This document shows, in pieces, positions 41,395-53,559 of a stretch of 64,000 nt of DNA (the first letter of the stretch is position 1; each line of letters begins with the position of its first letter). A model generated the notes under the pieces. That model made no database searches. It was not told the origin of the DNA and was given only the letters and a program-made list of their open reading frames with translations. The DNA lies in NCBI GenBank assembly GCA_030704615.1, contig CM060733.1, forward strand, positions 36,270,001-36,334,000. The letters run 5' to 3'. Both the position numbers and the translations under genes were made by a program. Source of the stretch: Takakia lepidozioides. Its lineage: Eukaryota; Plantae; Bryophyta.

Positions 41395-43314
41395 TTAGGG
41401 TACCTGTGAACAGAAGAAATAAACTGGATGAAAATCCAGGACAAGGAAACCAACCCAACCTTGACCTACTTCTGAAGGCCTGCATTGAAATGGACAATGG
41501 TTTTCTGTAAGACATAATCCATCAGAGTAACGCTTAGAACTACTTACAGGAGTGGGAGAAGGCTCGGAGTCATTGCTGCCATTCATCAACTGTTTTCCTC
41601 CAGTCCATTGCCCTCTTTCTGAGTGACCATTACTGGAGTTTATTTGGGAGGCAATGTTGTTGGGGAGAATTTGAGTTGAATCAGAGCTTTTATCTGCTAT
41701 TGGTGCCGAAAAACCTTTGCCCCAGACCTTGTTCCATGGCATTCGGTTCCATGCAGAGTAAGAACTATCTGAATGCTTTGCATTCCTTCCTCCATTCATG
41801 CTAGAGATGGGGCTTGTTGGTATCGACCCCACAGAGGTAGTGACTCCTTTGCTGGGTTTCACCCCCGTTGTCAAGCTCTTACCCCAAAAAGATGATGAGT
41901 TTGTCATGTGAGGCTTGGAAGCTGCCACAGCACTACCCTTAGCAGTACTGCGTGCCTTTAAAGCTCCTGCAATCTTCACCTCACTACCCCTTCCACCCAA
42001 GTCCATCCTAGAAGCCTTGCCAACCTTCTTGACTGAATCACCAGAATTAGCTGGACTTGAAAGACTCTTCAATCCATCCACCTTCTTCTCACTATCCTTA
42101 CCTTTACTGTCTCTCTTCTTGAGATCCTTCTTTGACTCCTCCGAGTCCTCTGTATCACGGGAAGCCCTCTCCTTCCCAAATTCTCGCTCTTTTTCTCTCA
42201 TCTTTTCTTGCCGCCGCCTCTCCACTTCTCGCTCTCGTCGCAGCTCTCTCTCCCTCTCGGCAGCTGCCTCCCGCTCGCTTTCCCTTTCTGCCTCCATCTT
42301 CTCATCGCGAAGACGTCGTCGTTCCTCAACTAATCGAGCCACTTCCTCTCTCTGTCTGCGCTCTTCGGCCTCCAATTGCTCTCTCTCAAATCGAGCTTGT
42401 CGTTTCTCTTCTGCCTTCCTTCTTGCCTTCTCTCCCCTACTTCCTTCTTTGCTTCCTCCATCTTCTCCCCTTCGCTGGCCCCCTCTCCGACCTCCATTCA
42501 AGGGGTCTTCCCTTACCCTCTCTCTTCTCCAGACCTTGTGCCATAGCCATCTCAGGCATGCAAAGACCAAAAAGACCATTCTAAATAGAAGAGACTGGGA
42601 AGAGTCTCCTGACCCACATTTCTCTTTACTAAAATTCCCTCCACCTCCATAGCTGCCACCACCGTAACCCCCTCCACCGCTTCCCCAGTATGGAGACCAG
42701 GAAACGTAAGTACCCTCCCTCAACGAAGTCCTGGAATTGGTCCAGCCCCGGCCAGCCCCAACAGAAGAAGGGGGGTTCATTCGCTCAGGCCATCCCCGAC
42801 CTCCCCACAATCCCCTACTATCGCTCCTAGCCCTAAAGATCCCACTAGGAGAATGATGACCTCCAGATTGAGCTAACCCACCCGGAATTCCAGCTCCATT
42901 AGGCCCTCCGGGTACATCCAACACAGGCCGTCTTGACACATGACCGCAATAGGTACACATAAACTTACCACCTCCAGGAGTCTGATCCCGATAGGCTGAA
43001 AGGCAGTTCCGGCAACGTCGAGTAGCCTCTTTCCGCCATTTGGCAGCCTCCTGCGCTTCAATTCTTCTTCTCTCTCTCAGGAAGGCACTCCTTCGAGCTC
43101 GCCACAGTGACAGTCGGGGCATTGCCAGCTCATACCACCCCAGGCTAACCAGTAGCACACCAACACAAGCAAGCCTAGGAGAGGTCACTTCAAATCGAAA
43201 TCCAGGCGGCAATAGCTGAGAGAGAGCCCACAATATTATGAGAGGAATTATGAGCCACGGCAGCATCGTCACGATACGGCGCGACCACCTTGATGCCACA
43301 CACAGAATGCACAT
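41395..43314 (-). CDS. Conserved plant protein like Arabidopsis At3g51640/At3g51650 ('NST1-like'): N-terminal transmembrane segments, CxxC zinc ribbon, charged coiled coil
   Basis: MCILCV..WSRR..TMLPWLIIPL..LWALSQLLPP.FRFEVTSPRLACV; RRCRNCL..YRDQ.PGGGKFMCTYCGHVS.RPVLD. The 3' end is probably spliced near 41470. Confidence 0.85.
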   Translation of the reverse strand: MCILCVASRWSRRIVTMLPWLIIPLIILWALSQLLPPGFRFEVTSPRLACVGVLLVSLGWYELAMPRLSLWRARRSAFLRERRRIEAQEAAKWRKEATRRCRNCLSAYRDQTPGGGKFMCTYCGHVSRRPVLDVPGGPNGAGIPGGLAQSGGHHSPSGIFRARSDSRGLWGGRGWPERMNPPSSVGAGRGWTNSRTSLREGTYVSWSPYWGSGGGGYGGGSYGGGGNFSKEKCGSGDSSQSLLFRMVFLVFACLRWLWHKVWRRERVREDPLNGGRRGGQRRGEDGGSKEGSRGEKARRKAEEKRQARFEREQLEAEERRQREEVARLVEERRRLRDEKMEAERESEREAAAERERELRREREVERRRQEKMREKEREFGKERASRDTEDSEESKKDLKKRDSKGKDSEKKVDGLKSLSSPANSGDSVKKVGKASRMDLGGRGSEVKIAGALKARSTAKGSAVAASKPHMTNSSSFWGKSLTTGVKPSKGVTTSVGSIPTSPISSMNGGRNAKHSDSSYSAWNRMPWNKVWGKGFSAPIADKSSDSTQILPNNIASQINSSNGHSERGQWTGGKQLMNGSNDSEPSPTPVSSSKRYSDGLCLTENHCPFQCRPSEVGQGWVGFLVLDFHPVYFFCSQVP

Positions 43315-45039
43315 TCTGCAGATTCTACTCCTACCCTTACCCTTCACCCCTTGTCTTCTCCTATTTGTCTTCTCCTAAAGCTCAATCTTGCGAATGGGAC
43401 GAGGTTAGCTGTGACAGAGCTATGCCGCTTCCTTGATCAAATCCACCACCAACTAGCAAGGGTTGCATTCTGCTTGCTCTACCCCAGCAGGCCGTGTGAA
43501 ACAAGTAAACGGTAATATGCATCAATCAATCTCTTGTCTGCTCCTCCACTCTTCCTCCCTTTCTGCAGCCCTATCTATAGTTTCACCTCCAACCCCTCCT
43601 TGTTCTCCTCGTCTCTTCCTTGTGCGACTCTCATATGCCCCCGAATGCCCGCCTTCTTCTTTCTCCTCCCTCTCCCCCCAACCCTCTCTGCTCCGCACTC
43701 ACAACTGCCACGCCCTCCCTCTTCTCACACCCTGCGATTGCTCCTTATATTCCCGTTGCTCTATACCTAAATCTCTTCACCTTCTCCAACCATGTCTGTC
43801 CTCCCGGGAGATCACATCAAGCCACGGGCTCCGTCGCCATCCCTGCCAAAGGGTTTCGCGTAGCCTCACAGTATGTGCCAGCCATGGCCCTCTCTCTCTC
43901 CCTCTCCCTCTCCCTCTCCCTCCCTCTCTCTCGCTCTCCTTCCTCTGTGTGCGTGTTCGAACTTCGCTGCAACCTCCTCTTTTTTTTTCTGTTTTTTGTT
44001 GGCTTCTCTTTATTCTAAAGAGGCCCAGACTACGCATCAGTGCCAAAAATGGCTAAGCCCCTGTTGTGCCTTCCCCAGGTGTCACCTCATCTCCTTTGCT
44101 GAAAACTACTTCCTATCAGTGTTTTTTAAGAAATTTGGAAACAGCACGAGTGGCTACAGAGTTTTGCAGAAAATAGCGGTATATTCTGTTCATCCACTTA
44201 AATTCAACCACCTCTGTGCCATAATCCATTTGTATCATCCATATTTGGCAAATTCATCCATAATTTATTTTTTTATTTGGAGAAATTTGGCGATTTCATC
44301 CACGAAAACACAGGGATTTGCGACAGAATATTCAGTTTTATTTTTTGAGGTCGAAATCTGGCGAAAATTCGCCAATAAAAAAAACGCTGCTTCCTATGCC
44401 TCCAGGTAGCACCTTAAGTAACATCTCTCTTATTGAACAATTTATGAAGAATAAATTGTTGATTTTCTCAAGTTTATTATGGATGAGAATAGATTTTGCT
44501 ATTTGACAAAGAGGAGCCATAAGCGACTAGCCGCTTGTTTTTTTATTAAGGGACACCTCTCCTCTTCCTCTCGAGTCCAGGCTCTTCTTCTTTGTTGCTT
44601 GGCTTTTCTTGTTTTTTTTTTTGTCCTTTGTTTGGACTACCTAGGGAAAAAGATTTTTTTAAGCGGAATAATTTCTTAAAGTTGGAATGTTACAGGCTTA
44701 CTGACTTGTAAGGCGGGCGGCTCGAGTCCCAACTCTATTTTTTAATCATTATTTTATCCTTTTATCCTTTTATCCTTTATTTTATCCTTTATGTTTATTA
44801 TTTTATTATTTTGTCCTTCCGAAAAAAAAAAAAAAAGGGCTCATTGTCTTGTACCTTTCCCTTGGTGGTACTAAGTGATGAAAAAGTGACCATACATGAA
44901 CAAGTGACCAAGCTTTTATGAGGTTTATGGATGACAGTAGTTCTCCTTCCCAAGCCAAAAACAAAAAACAAAAAGAAATGACTCTCTAACTTACACCATG
45001 GAGTCGGTTGTTCAGGGCATCCCCCTGTTCTCCAAAATT

Positions 45040-45250
45040 CTAGCGACGACCGAAGGTCGGAAGTTTTAGCATAGAGAAGAAATAGGGTGCCAAAGTGCCA
45101 CGTTTTCGTCGCCACATCATCGTCGCCACGTTTCGTCGTCAAATTCTTTAAATCTGCCCGGACTGCCCGCCCAATAAACGCCAATAGAATTCGTGGCGCC
45201 AAGAGTTTCGAAACTGCCCGTTTCTTGAACCGCAGGAGGGTTTCACAGGC
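45040..45250 (+). repeat. Uninterrupted copy of the repeat into which the 49872-57231 element inserted
   Basis: gaaggtcggaag...aataggg|tgcca.agtgccacgt...tctgcccggactgcccgccc matches 49815-49871 joined to 57236-57370. Confidence 0.85.
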
Positions 45251-45459
45251 CAATCGCGATTCGCAAGAGACGTTCACAGATTATGAGTACACAGCAGGAG
45301 CAATTGCAAGGTGTGGCTTTTCTTAATGCACGATGTGAAGAAAATTGTCCATCCTGCAAATGGGGGCTCTTAGTACCATGATTTGTTATTCTTCCTGATG
45401 TTTACAAGGTTCGTGGGAGATTCAGCTTGGTCTTAGCAGGCCGTGTTTCAATCTTTGCC

Positions 45460-45790
45460 TGCTCAGCTGCACCGTGGTGGTTCTCACACACTAATCCGAC
45501 ATTACCTGACTACAGACACAAGCAACACACACACAGGTCATTTTGGGTTGATGGTCGGCCAAATCCTCCATGGGTCATGACACAAGGTCAAGGACAATGT
45601 GGTGAGGGCACCTTCTTCTTCGACCTATTTCAGCCTGTTTTGCCCTCTCATCAGACTCGGCCTGACAAGTTACTGCCATTGTGGCAGCAGGAAAGTATCC
45701 AAAAACAGATAACAGAGATGAGGAGAATCTTTGGAATGAACACTTTTCCAACCCCAGTCAATGGTGGGACAATGGAGACAAAAAGATGAA
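45460..45790 (+). pseudogene. OSB-like PDF-motif fragments
   Basis: NPTLPDYRHKQ..RSFWVDGRPNPPWV and DEENLWNEHFSNPSQWWDNGDKK. Confidence 0.7.
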
Positions 45791-45791
45791 T

Positions 45792-46060
45792 GCCGGATGG
45801 AAATTCGGCGCCGAATTTCCATCCAGGGGATGTTCTCTGTCGCCAGTTGTCGGCCTCTCCTCCCGAGACGACTTCATCCGACCGGCCCCGGATGGAAATT
45901 CGGCGCCGAATTTCCATCCGGGGGATGTTCTCTATCGGCCAGGTGCCGGCCTCTCCCCCCGAGACGACTTCATCTGATCAGCCCCGGATGGAAATTCGGC
46001 GCCGTTTTTCCATCCGGGGTTGTTCTCTGTCGACCAGGTGTCGGCCTCTCCCCCCGAACA
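45792..46060. repeat. 3 x ~95-bp tandem repeat, each unit carrying a 30-38-bp palindrome
   Basis: ggatggaaattcggcgccgaatttccatcc at 45795 and 45890; degenerate at 45986. Confidence 0.9.
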
Positions 46061-47048
46061 CGACAGAGTCATTGCTCACGCCAGACTTGTTGGAAGCTAT
46101 TTTGAAACGGGAGATAACCGACCTACTTGACATTGTACACAACGACACATACCTTATACACCATTGCTTGTCTGCGGTGCGTGTTTGCCGAGGGCAGATG
46201 CAGGACATCCTCGTCAAAAAAACTTCCGGCATATTACATCCGGCTGCAGCACGAGCATTCAATCGTGTAAAAGACAACAACAACATGTCATTGAAGAGGA
46301 AAAAATATTTTGTGAAACATTTTCAAGCTCGGCGGAAAATGAAACTAAATGGGGGGAAACGTGTGTCCCTTCCCCCTGTTAGCCATATTTACTCGGCTCT
46401 GAGGCGGGTGTCTCATCGTCCAGAACTGAGAAAGAATAATCAATTTAACTAAGGAAAGGACCTGTAGTTGTCCAATGCGGTAGACCAATACTCACCTGCA
46501 GTAGACCAATGCGGCAGACCTGCATGATCGCAGACCACCTGCAGTAGACCAACACTGACTTGTAGTAGACCAATGCGGCAGAGCATCTGCGACTCCCTTA
46601 ATGTGTTTTTTAAAGGTTTGATGAAGGAGACCAATGAAGTCAATAAATGAGCGAAAGTGAACCAGTAAACAAATGTAGTAATGAAGCAAGCATAGTTCAA
46701 TGAAACAGACCAATACAGTACAGGGGTAGACCAAGACAGTACACTCGACTAACGGTGGGACTGACATGTGCCACTTTTAGGCGACCACCGAATTTAGTAT
46801 ACCACTATCTCACGGAGCAGACCAACAACCGTGGTCCAAACTAAGTCCACTCCATGGAGATAGCATACCAATAACATCAGTTCAACAGCAGACCATGGCC
46901 AGGAGTACTGCATACATCGAGAGATCAATAATCTGCCCTATGGTCTGCCCTATGGTATGCCTTATGGTCCGCTCTAGGGTCTGCTATATGGTCTGCCCTA
47001 TTTGGTCGGCCCTGTTTTGTCTCACGCTTGTGGCAGTGCTGAATACGA

Positions 47049-47730
47049 ATGCCCGGTTCAGGCACTTCTAACTTTGTGGCCGCATGCAGGTCTATTTTCA
47101 CAGGAGTATGCATTTTCCTTTGCCTTTGGCATGTACGGAAGGTCTGGGTCAAGCAATCATGCCAGAAAATCAGTGATCCGGGAACATCCTCGAAACTGTT
47201 GGCAGATATGGGCGACCTTATATACTGCAGAGGTGGACCGCAAAAAGAAGATGAAGCTGTGAAATGGGTTAAGAAAAAATTGAAGGCAATGAAAAAGAAA
47301 TATCTTGCTGGTCAGTTGTTCCTCCACTACATTCATGTGTACTGGGTTCCCAAAATCGCTATGTGACCAGTGTACTGCTGCCCGCAACATTCCACATGCA
47401 AGCCAAGATATTAATGCAAGCATCGAGGCATACCACGGAAACTTAAAGGCGAGACTTAATATGGGCAAAGGCAAAATAACGGGTCGAAGAGCCGATTGGC
47501 TCATATGGGAGTTGACTGGGCGTGTACTGGTCCACTACTGGTACGGCATTCATCTGAAGACACATGGGTTTATTTGCAACGATAAACAGGAAAAGCACAT
47601 TTCCAATGCAATATGTGCAGCCCGTGACATACCTCTTTCACGTGTGACTTCGCCTGCAGCGCCTGGGCAGCCTGCTTACGTGATCAGCTCCTCCTATCCG
47701 AATACAACGTACACCATTTGCAGGAAAATG
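47049..47730 (+). mobile_element. MULE/SWIM-family transposase-like remnant
   Basis: FLCLWHVRKVW...YWVPKIAM, then after a frameshift QDINASIEAYHGNLKARL...RRADWLIWEL...HYWY. Upstream gtagaccaa and ggtctgccctat short-repeat arrays (46470-47000) may be subterminal repeats. Confidence 0.65.
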
Positions 47731-50700
47731 GCCCATCCTTTGGTGTTTGAAGACATTGTCGCAGTGGACGTATAAGAAAGCTTTCTGGTTGGGCGTCGAC
47801 GGCCGCTGCCATATACACTGCAGTATCCCTTCGCGCACTCAAAAGCACCTGCAATACGATCTGGAAAAGTGGAAGCGAAGGACGACAACATGCACGTTCT
47901 TGGCAGGACGGAAGCGCGTTGGCAGGAACAGACCAAAGGGAGGAAAAGACCGATGAAACAGTCTTCGCCCACGATTGGCGGCGGCTGCCATGCCCTAAAT
48001 CCGGGCGGCTACGATAGCAGCGCGGTATCACGGTGAGATAGGCGCCACATCATATGGGGTGCGTTTGGGTCTGCTGGATCGGGTTGCTTGGCGGCAGACC
48101 CCAGCAGCGGGTAGACCGAGCATGGGCAGACCCACTGGGGACCCGATGGCGGGCGGACCCAGCGGCGAGGGCGGGGGCCGCGGTCCGGGAGCGGGCTGGG
48201 CGGTGTGCGGGCAGGGCCGCGGGCAGGTGGGGGTGGTCGGGGCGGGGGAGGGCGACCCCGCGTCCGTGCGGGCGTGCGCGCCCTGTCCTACACGCGCGAC
48301 ATAAACTCCCAATTATTCAAAAATGAGAGATTAGGCAACTGGAATTGGGATATACGAAAAACTGACAATTTGTCCATTTCTACATTGGGTCATTTGGTCA
48401 GTTCTTAAGTTTATTTTGATTTTGATAATTTTTTTAATTTTTTTTGTTTTCTAACCTCAATCAATATGACACTCAAATTATAAAAATGATATATTCAAAA
48501 TCAATAGTTCGACAATGACTTTTTTATTTCTACAATAGGTCTAACCAATCTGGTTTTTTGGTTTTTACAATTTTTATATTGTTAAAACATAAATGCACAT
48601 CCAAGTTGAAAATGGGACATACTGAAAAAATCAGCTTATGAAAATCTTGTAAATTTCAAGATTTGTTTCTTTTTATCATTTAAAAAAAATTGTATTGGCC
48701 ACCCTACCTACCAGCTAGGCATGGTCTTACCTACCCGGGTTGATATCAATATTGATACCTTGGTTGGACCTATATACAACACTGGTCTCTACGTGTTATT
48801 TGTATCTGTTGTGAGTTGTGAGTGAGAGATAAGGAGCCTCTTTGGGACTTAAGCGCATTCAGCGACAACCTAAGAGTGATTGATCACCATAGATTTCATC
48901 CAAATCCAACAGCAACGGCCTCACCCCATAGCACGTCGTGCCTCTTACATTGTGCGTTGTATATCAGACACGTCCATAGGACAACGGATATCGCACAAGG
49001 CAGATAAGTGGCATTACAACCCACCATAGGAGCAGTCGGCTATAGTTGACGTACGATTTTTTGCCACCAAGGCTTAACTGCAAGTGCCGAAACTTGTTGG
49101 AAATCACATTGGAGATGTACTTGGATACATAGGAAATTGCACTTGGTCTTAGAATTCAATTCTTCCCACATGGGTCAACGGCATAGGCTACACTAGAGGT
49201 CGCACTTGGGCCTTGACATACGAGACGCATCGGGATATATAGGAAATTGCACCTGGTCTTTATAGAATTCAATTCTTCACACATGGGCCAGCGGCACAAG
49301 CTACCCTAGCGGTCGCACTTGGGCCTCAACATAGGAGACGCACTTAGATACATAGGAGATTGTACTTGGGCTGTCTTCACGAGGTTGTTGGAGGAAGGTC
49401 GTGAGGACATGATGGTTAATGTGAATACCTAGGCACTGTCACATAATACATTTAGCTTCACACTTGGGAAAACAACAGAAGCTAACCTAGTTACAATATT
49501 TTTTAACAGAAAAATTCATATGACACGTAGTTTTTAAAGATCTATCGTGTTTTTATTTAAAATTTAAATTATACATAGATATTAAATCATTTTTTCCGCC
49601 TAATAATTCCAAATGAATTTAAGTTCAGGGCCTCAGTTAGTCCCCTGTTCATTTTTTATTAAAAAAACATATAAAAAAAAGGAGGAAAAAATCTTTTGTC
49701 GACAGCCGAAGTAGCTATGTTGTCAATCAAAAGGAAATAAAATGTTGAACTTTTTTAGCATTGTTATCAGTAATAGTCACTAGTAGTGCAGAACATCACG
49801 CAGCCCTAGTACTATTTCTAGCTACGATGATTGAAGGTCGGAAGCTAGTTTAGCGTAGAGCAGGAATAGGGTGTCAAGTTATTTTACCACTAGTGTGAAA
49901 CTAGCTAGGAAACAGCTAGCTTTTACATATTGACATTTGGGATTGGCCCAAGTGTCAATCCAGGGGTCAAGGCAGATTTAGGCCCTGGAGTGGTTATCTT
50001 CACGGCAAGCGCGGGAGGCTCATCTTTCTCGAGTTGAGCCTCACCGCGCCTAGCTATGGCGCCGTAGTGTGGATTCCCCATGGCGTGGGGTGCACTTGGC
50101 TTGACTTGTATTTGAGTGATGAGGTTATATATGCATGAGTTTATGCTTCAGATTTGTGAGCTCGTGCTTGTATTCTTCTTCTTTATCACTCGAGAAAGAT
50201 GAGCTCGTATCTGTGAGTGCCAGATACGAGTTAGTTGTAGCACTTGTGGTTTTTGCTTGAGAATGAGAGAAACCAAGTTGTTATGTAAGGAGCACCGTGG
50301 AGCTCTTGGTTGTTAGAAGCGGAGGCGATGTGGGTTACGAGGTGGTAGACCTTGGCATTCGATCTTCATCTTTAGAGATGAAAGCACCATGCTGCAGGTA
50401 ATTCCAGAGCACCTTGATGGTTTCAGATTGTGTACATGCATGAGCAAGCACGATTGGGAAGAGGACCAGTCAAGAGCATGTTATAGTGGCTTTGGTGGCA
50501 AAGCTGAGAACTGGACTTGGGAATGCGAGCTTTCATTGTGTGAAGGATTGCAAGACCAAGCGAAAGGGTTGATTTGGCTTGGGGCAAATCAGTGCACTTT
50601 GTGGAGTATGGTGAGATTGGGTTTCAATCTCGAGCTTCAGCATTGAGAGGGCTCTTGTCATGGCAAGAGCAGGGCTGGAACAGGAGCTAAGAGATGCGGC

Positions 50701-51718
50701 AAGGCCATGGAATGTGCACCTAGGGTTTCAGAGCTTGGAAGAAGAGCTCTTGCACCACAAGAGAAGTGTCTTGTGGCTGGAAATGTAAGCCTTAGGGTTT
50801 CAGGAGCTTGGCAAAGGCTGTGGAGTGCTTAGTCTTGTCTTAGAGAGCATCAAGGAGCGAAGGAGCCAAGATAGGGGGCTGATATCTCTTGTGTGAAGAG
50901 GTTGCATGTGTGGAGCATGTATTCAGCTCATTGAAGTTTCCATCTTCAAGCTTGGAGGGCAAGCAAGGAAGAGGGAAGGGCTGACTTCCCTTATGTGAGG
51001 GCAATGCATGTGTGGAGCATGCTATCAGCCTGGTGAAGGCTTGCACTTTCAGGTGTAGGAGTGCAAGAAAGGAAGAAAGGGGCTGGTTTCTTTGTAGGGC
51101 ATGTGGAGCATGCTTTTAGCCTGCTGAAGCTTGTATTTTCAGGTTTGTGGGTGCAAGAAATGAAGCAAAGGAGCTGATTCTCTTATGGTGAGAGTGGGGC
51201 ATGTGTGGAGCATGCCTTCGGCCCATTGAGGCTCTTGTTTTCAAGCTTTAGAGAGCTAGAACGGAAGGTCTAGGGCTGGTTTCCACTTGGAGTGAAAGAA
51301 AAGCACTTGTAGGGCCTATGTGAGTTGGGGTTTCAACTTCAAGCTTGAAGGGAGCGCAACTCTTGAAGCAGTAGGTGTAGGGGGCTGGAATAGGCTCTAA
51401 GACAGATGCTATGGCCAAGGAGAGTGCTTGAATGAGTGCTCACAAGGGCTGGGAACCAGCAGGGCTTGGTTGTTTGCCATTGAGTTTAGTGGCGTGTTTG
51501 GGGAGGCTAAGTGAGAAAGAAGGCTTTGTTTGTGGCAACCACCTCATGGCTTAGGGCTACTATGGTGGTGTGTGGGAGCCGAAAGAGTAAGAATACCTTG
51601 CTGATTTCCTCCACAGCCGCCATAGCTCGGTGGAAAGAAGCCTAGAGTCCAAGAGACACAAACCCTAGCTTGGAGTGGCTAAACCCCTTGGAGAAATGGC
51701 TAAATTGCCAGAGCGGCC

Positions 51719-52800
51719 ATGGATGGGGCTGTGACGGGCCAACAACGGGCGGATGTGGTGTGCTGGACATGTAGAGGACCCCATGTCAAGAAGGATTGCC
51801 CAGAGGGAGGCAAAGGGCTGGCACATGCACAGCCTGCACAGTTGCAGTGTGGGCATTCTGGCAAGCACGGGCATGGAGAGGCCCAGTGTTATGGTTTGCA
51901 TCCTGAGTTGCGCCCAGGCCAGTTCCAAGGGAACAATGGTGGCCGGGGGCAAGGTGGAGCAGCCCAGAGAGGACGAGGTGGCCAGCCACAAGGTGCAGGC
52001 CAATGGCAATCTCAACATGGCCAAGGACGCGGAGGTCAGGGGGTTGACCAAGGCATGGCCAACCGGCTTCAGCAGCTAGAGCAGAGGCTCGCTGCCATGG
52101 CTACAGCTCAGGTGGTACCGGCTCTAAGGCCGGATGGTCCACCTCCTGCTCCTGAGGGAGGAGATATGGGAGGTATGGGATTCATGTGTGGAGCAGCACT
52201 ACCACTAGTGCAGGTGGAGTCTGCTGCAGCCGTGACTCAAGGAGCAGCACGAGTTCCTGAGCCACGAGGTGCAGAGGTGGAGTTGGATCCACAGCGTGGG
52301 GAGGCAAGCTGTCAGGCTAGGCTTCCTCAGTCATTCATATTGGCGGAGACAGTGTCGACGCCATCCATGGCACCTAGTTCTCGCCCGACTGTTACCGAGG
52401 CGGAGGTTACTATGTCATTGGGGAGAGCTACACGGGTAGCACCACTACCTAGTATTGCCAAGGCTACGGCAGCTAATGTGCTGCTAGGAGCGGCCACACC
52501 TGTGTGCCAGGCTCCATTGTTCTCGGCTACCATGATTGCGACGCCGGGGGTAAGACCAGCTGAGGTGTTCAGGCTGGCAGCTACACTCTGTGAGAGTGGG
52601 AAGGTTACTTCATCTTCTACGGAGATAGTGGGAGGTGTAGTGCCGGAGGGATCCTCGGATTTGAGGGTCAAGACTGCCACGGCGGCGCCATGACAAGCTG
52701 CAGCTGCCAGGTTGATGGAGCTGCCAGCTAGGCCAGCCATTGAGCGCGCCATGGTGACACCTGGAGTTGTCATGTTAGACAACCAGGATGACATTTCTGT
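51719..52800 (+). pseudogene. Gag C-terminus with two zinc-knuckle-like motifs and a linker
   Basis: CWTCRGPHVKKDC and CGHSGKHGHGEAQC, followed by a G/Q/R-rich tract; TGA at 52691 and a 1-nt frameshift near 52795. Confidence 0.7.
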
Positions 52801-53230
52801 TTGAGTGGACCAGCAGGCAAGAGGTACCGGCCACTGCGGGTCTTGTTGGACTCGGGAGTTCAGCCATTGATGCTAGGCAGAGCTGCTATTGCAGGCTTGG
52901 GCCTCACGGAGGCGGATATGGAGCCTTGTCCTTTCCAGATACAGACGTCTCTGGGAGGATCGGAGCAGACTTGGGGCATGACACGGCATGAGTTGGCTAT
53001 CAGACTACGGCCGGATCATCCTACAGATGGCTCAGTGATGTGAGCCAAGGCCATTGTGACAGACGCAGTCTCATACGATGTCCTGGTTGGTGGGGAAGTG
53101 TTGTACCCCATGGGCTTCACCCTGGATTTTTGGGAGGAGTCAGCTTCCTATAGGCCTGCATGGCAGTCAAGGGAGGGCCAACGTGTGCAGCTCCCTGTGA
53201 CGTTCATAGGAGGAGTTGCGGTTGCCCAGT
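52801..53230 (+). pseudogene. Retroelement aspartic protease
   Basis: LRVLLDSGVQPLML and SYDVLVGGEVLYPMGF; in-frame TGA at 53041. Confidence 0.8.
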
Positions 53231-53559
53231 GAGGCAAGATGCCGACACTAGCAGCATTCACAGTGGCAGTGAGTTGGCCTAGAGAGTTGCTTGAGAGCAA
53301 CGCTCATTCAGAGGATGTGCCACCTCCGGGAGAGCAGGATGACATGTATGGTATGGCGGAGTTGCCTACCATGGTTGCTCAGACTCCATTGTGGGGCACG
53401 AGCAATGATTTGCAGCGGGATGCTGATCGACGGGTGCAACAAGACTGGGTGGAGGCTTTTGTACCGTCAGGAGAGGAGGAGAGTGCGGGGATTGCACCAG
53501 GACCACCTCAGTTGTCTCCATTGGACACCACACCTATTGTGTGGCAGTATCCGGATGAA

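Noticed and set aside
41915-44056. Long plus-strand ORFs (41915-42652, 42132-42584, 43463-44056)
   Set aside because: These are antisense shadows of the charged coiled-coil gene and of CT/GA low-complexity sequence upstream of it.
45792-46060. CRISPR-like palindromic repeat-spacer array
   Set aside because: The 'spacers' are near-identical to each other, so it is a tandem repeat. There are no cas genes and the context is eukaryotic.
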